Below, in pieces: positions 62,683 through 64,000 of a stretch of DNA of 64,000 nt. The DNA lies in the IMG/VR virus record IMGVR_UViG_3300013902_000267; one strand, given 5' to 3'. Position numbers and translations under genes: made by a program. The stretch is from a virus (Duplodnaviria; Heunggongvirae; Uroviricota; Caudoviricetes). The notes beneath the pieces are model-generated. The model worked only from the letters and a program-made list of their open reading frames with translations, was not told the origin of the DNA and did not search any database. How positions within the stretch are numbered: position 1 is the first letter of the stretch; each line of letters opens with the position of its first letter.

Positions 62683-63897
62683 ATGAATAAGAATTATAAC
62701 AAACTATATGAAGAAATGATGTCAGATATTTCAGTTATCGTTAAAAAGAAAATAAATGAAGCATATGACAATCAGCTTCTCGAAGAATATGGTGCAAAGG
62801 ATATGTTTAATGATATTATGAAAGAAGCATCAAAAGAAGGTAAAATCTTTTATAAGCATCTTAAATAGTTTATAATTTATATCATCAAAAAATTACAAGA
62901 GACAGATCAATATAAAAAAGCTGAAAAACTTATGAATGCGTATGTTCAGAAAGTACAGAAATATATTGATGAACATAAGAAGATTACTCCGAGACGTATG
63001 TTGAAAATTACTGTTGCTGTATTGACAATGTATGGAGGTGTTTCAATGATACAAGATTGTAAATAGATGATTAAATCTTTATAGGGTAATGTTGAAACTT
63101 ATGAATAGAAAGTAGAAAATGTACCGGATGAAAAGCAACAAGAAGTAATAGTAGAAGAACCTGAAGATTTTGTTGTTGAAGTTAAAGATGAAGCAAAAGA
63201 AAAATTAAGTGTCAAGAAAGTATCTACTGAAGATATTAATAATACACCTGAAAAGAAATTTAAGGAAGACAAGAATTTCAATTTTAAGTCAAGCAACGAG
63301 GCTCGCGAATTTATTAAACATCATGAGTTATGCTTACTTTACCCTTATTACGCAAAACCCGAAGAGGAAGCAAAAGGAATGGTAACTATTGGTTATGGTC
63401 ATGTTGTATTGGAATCAGATGGTGAATTATACAAGAAAGTATAGCAATTAAAAAAGAAAGGCTTAATTAAACAATCATTTGTTACAAAAAATGGTAAAAC
63501 TATTTTAAACCCTAATCATTGTAAAACCATTATAACAAAGACTGACGCAGATAAATTATTTTAGAAAGATATTAAGATTGCTGAATAGCGTGCATATAGA
63601 ACTATACAAAATATGCCTACTGATGATGATAATGTTAAATATTATATGTTATATAATCAAAAAATAAGAGATGGTTTAACATCATTATGTTATAATGCTG
63701 GATAGCTTAAACATGAAAAATATACATTCATAACAAAAGGTCTTGCAAAATCTAGATATGATTATCAAGCATAGAAAATAAATGCAGGTGATTATAATGT
63801 ATCCTTTAAATATTTCAAGAATATTAAAGATAATCCTAACAGAAGAAATGAGGAATATAAGTTATTCTTTATGAACGCAAATAAGTCTATGTCATAA
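62683..63897 (+). CDS. T4-type lysozyme (GH24) endolysin with a long N-terminal extension containing a TM segment (membrane-anchored or SAR-like); TAG-recoded (about 12 TAG). Alternative starts at 62932 and 63067
   Basis: Single frame. '...HHELCLLYPYY...GMVTIGYGH' matches the T4L catalytic Glu and 'TIGIGH' regions. 'LAKSRYDYQAQ' resembles 'LAKSRWYNQ'. 'PNRRNEEYKLF' resembles 'PNRAKRVITTF'. TM 'ITVAVLTMYGGVSMI' about 110 aa upstream of the catalytic domain. Confidence 0.65.
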
Positions 63898-63922
63898 TAA
63901 AAAATAAATTTTAATTAAATAT

Positions 63923-64000
63923 ATGAAAAAATTATTTGAAGCAAAATAGAAGCCATTAGTTGTTTATAATCCTGCTGATATTTTCATGAAATATAATATG
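63923..64000 (+). CDS. Hypothetical protein, 5' partial at the window end; contains an in-frame TAG
   Basis: ATG 63923 'MKKLFEAK-Q-KPLVVYNPADIF...'. Runs off the window. Confidence 0.3.

Overview
About 64 kb of a very AT-rich (roughly 30% GC by eye) tailed-phage genome. A T4 gp19-like tail-tube gene points to a myovirus. A Bacteroides-type HtpG N-terminus and Bacteroidota-style lipoprotein signal peptides suggest a Bacteroidota host (inference).

The most important observation is a mixed genetic code. Many genes read cleanly in the standard code. But the structural/lysis block at 10270-19425, the endolysin at 62683-63897, four homing endonucleases, and the first 10-60 codons of several otherwise standard genes (htpG, nrdD and others) contain in-frame TAG codons. 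These TAGs sit at positions where homologs have Gln (GIY-YIG 'YIG-Q-T', tail-lysozyme 'GLA-Q-WS'), so TAG appears recoded to Gln. The six-frame ORF track, which treats TAG as a stop, therefore fragments or truncates these genes. I re-joined them by reading through TAG.

Second highlight: the anaerobic ribonucleotide reductase gene nrdD (minus strand, 21490-28901) is split into about six exons by five intron-like insertions. Three carry HNH homing endonucleases and one a GIY-YIG endonuclease. The exon containing the fifth carries a roughly 133-aa mini-intein. The glycyl-radical C-terminus sits on a roughly 90-nt terminal micro-exon.

Other content:
- An RNA-repair toolkit: a T4 Pnk-like kinase/phosphatase, two KxDG ligases, a Thg1-like 3'-5' nucleotidyltransferase and several tRNAs.
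- A NadV/NAMPT-like phosphoribosyltransferase adjacent to Pnk.
- An unusual nucleotide-enzyme island at 1713-5938: an Rnl-like ligase, a HisG-like phosphoribosyltransferase, a dNMP-kinase-like protein, a Ham1/ITPase, a PPAT-like nucleotidyltransferase and a PurC-like ligase.
- Host-like cargo: HtpG/Hsp90, an SPFH lipoprotein, a TelA-like protein, a CNNM/CorC transporter, an S1-domain protein and a DHH-DHHA1 phosphoesterase.
- A phage sigma-70 family factor and a 23-nt promoter-like motif present six times.
- Five homing endonucleases in total. One is a LAGLIDADG enzyme that duplicates the 3' end of the neighbouring RNA-ligase gene.

All coordinates come from manual reading. Intron and exon boundaries are approximate.
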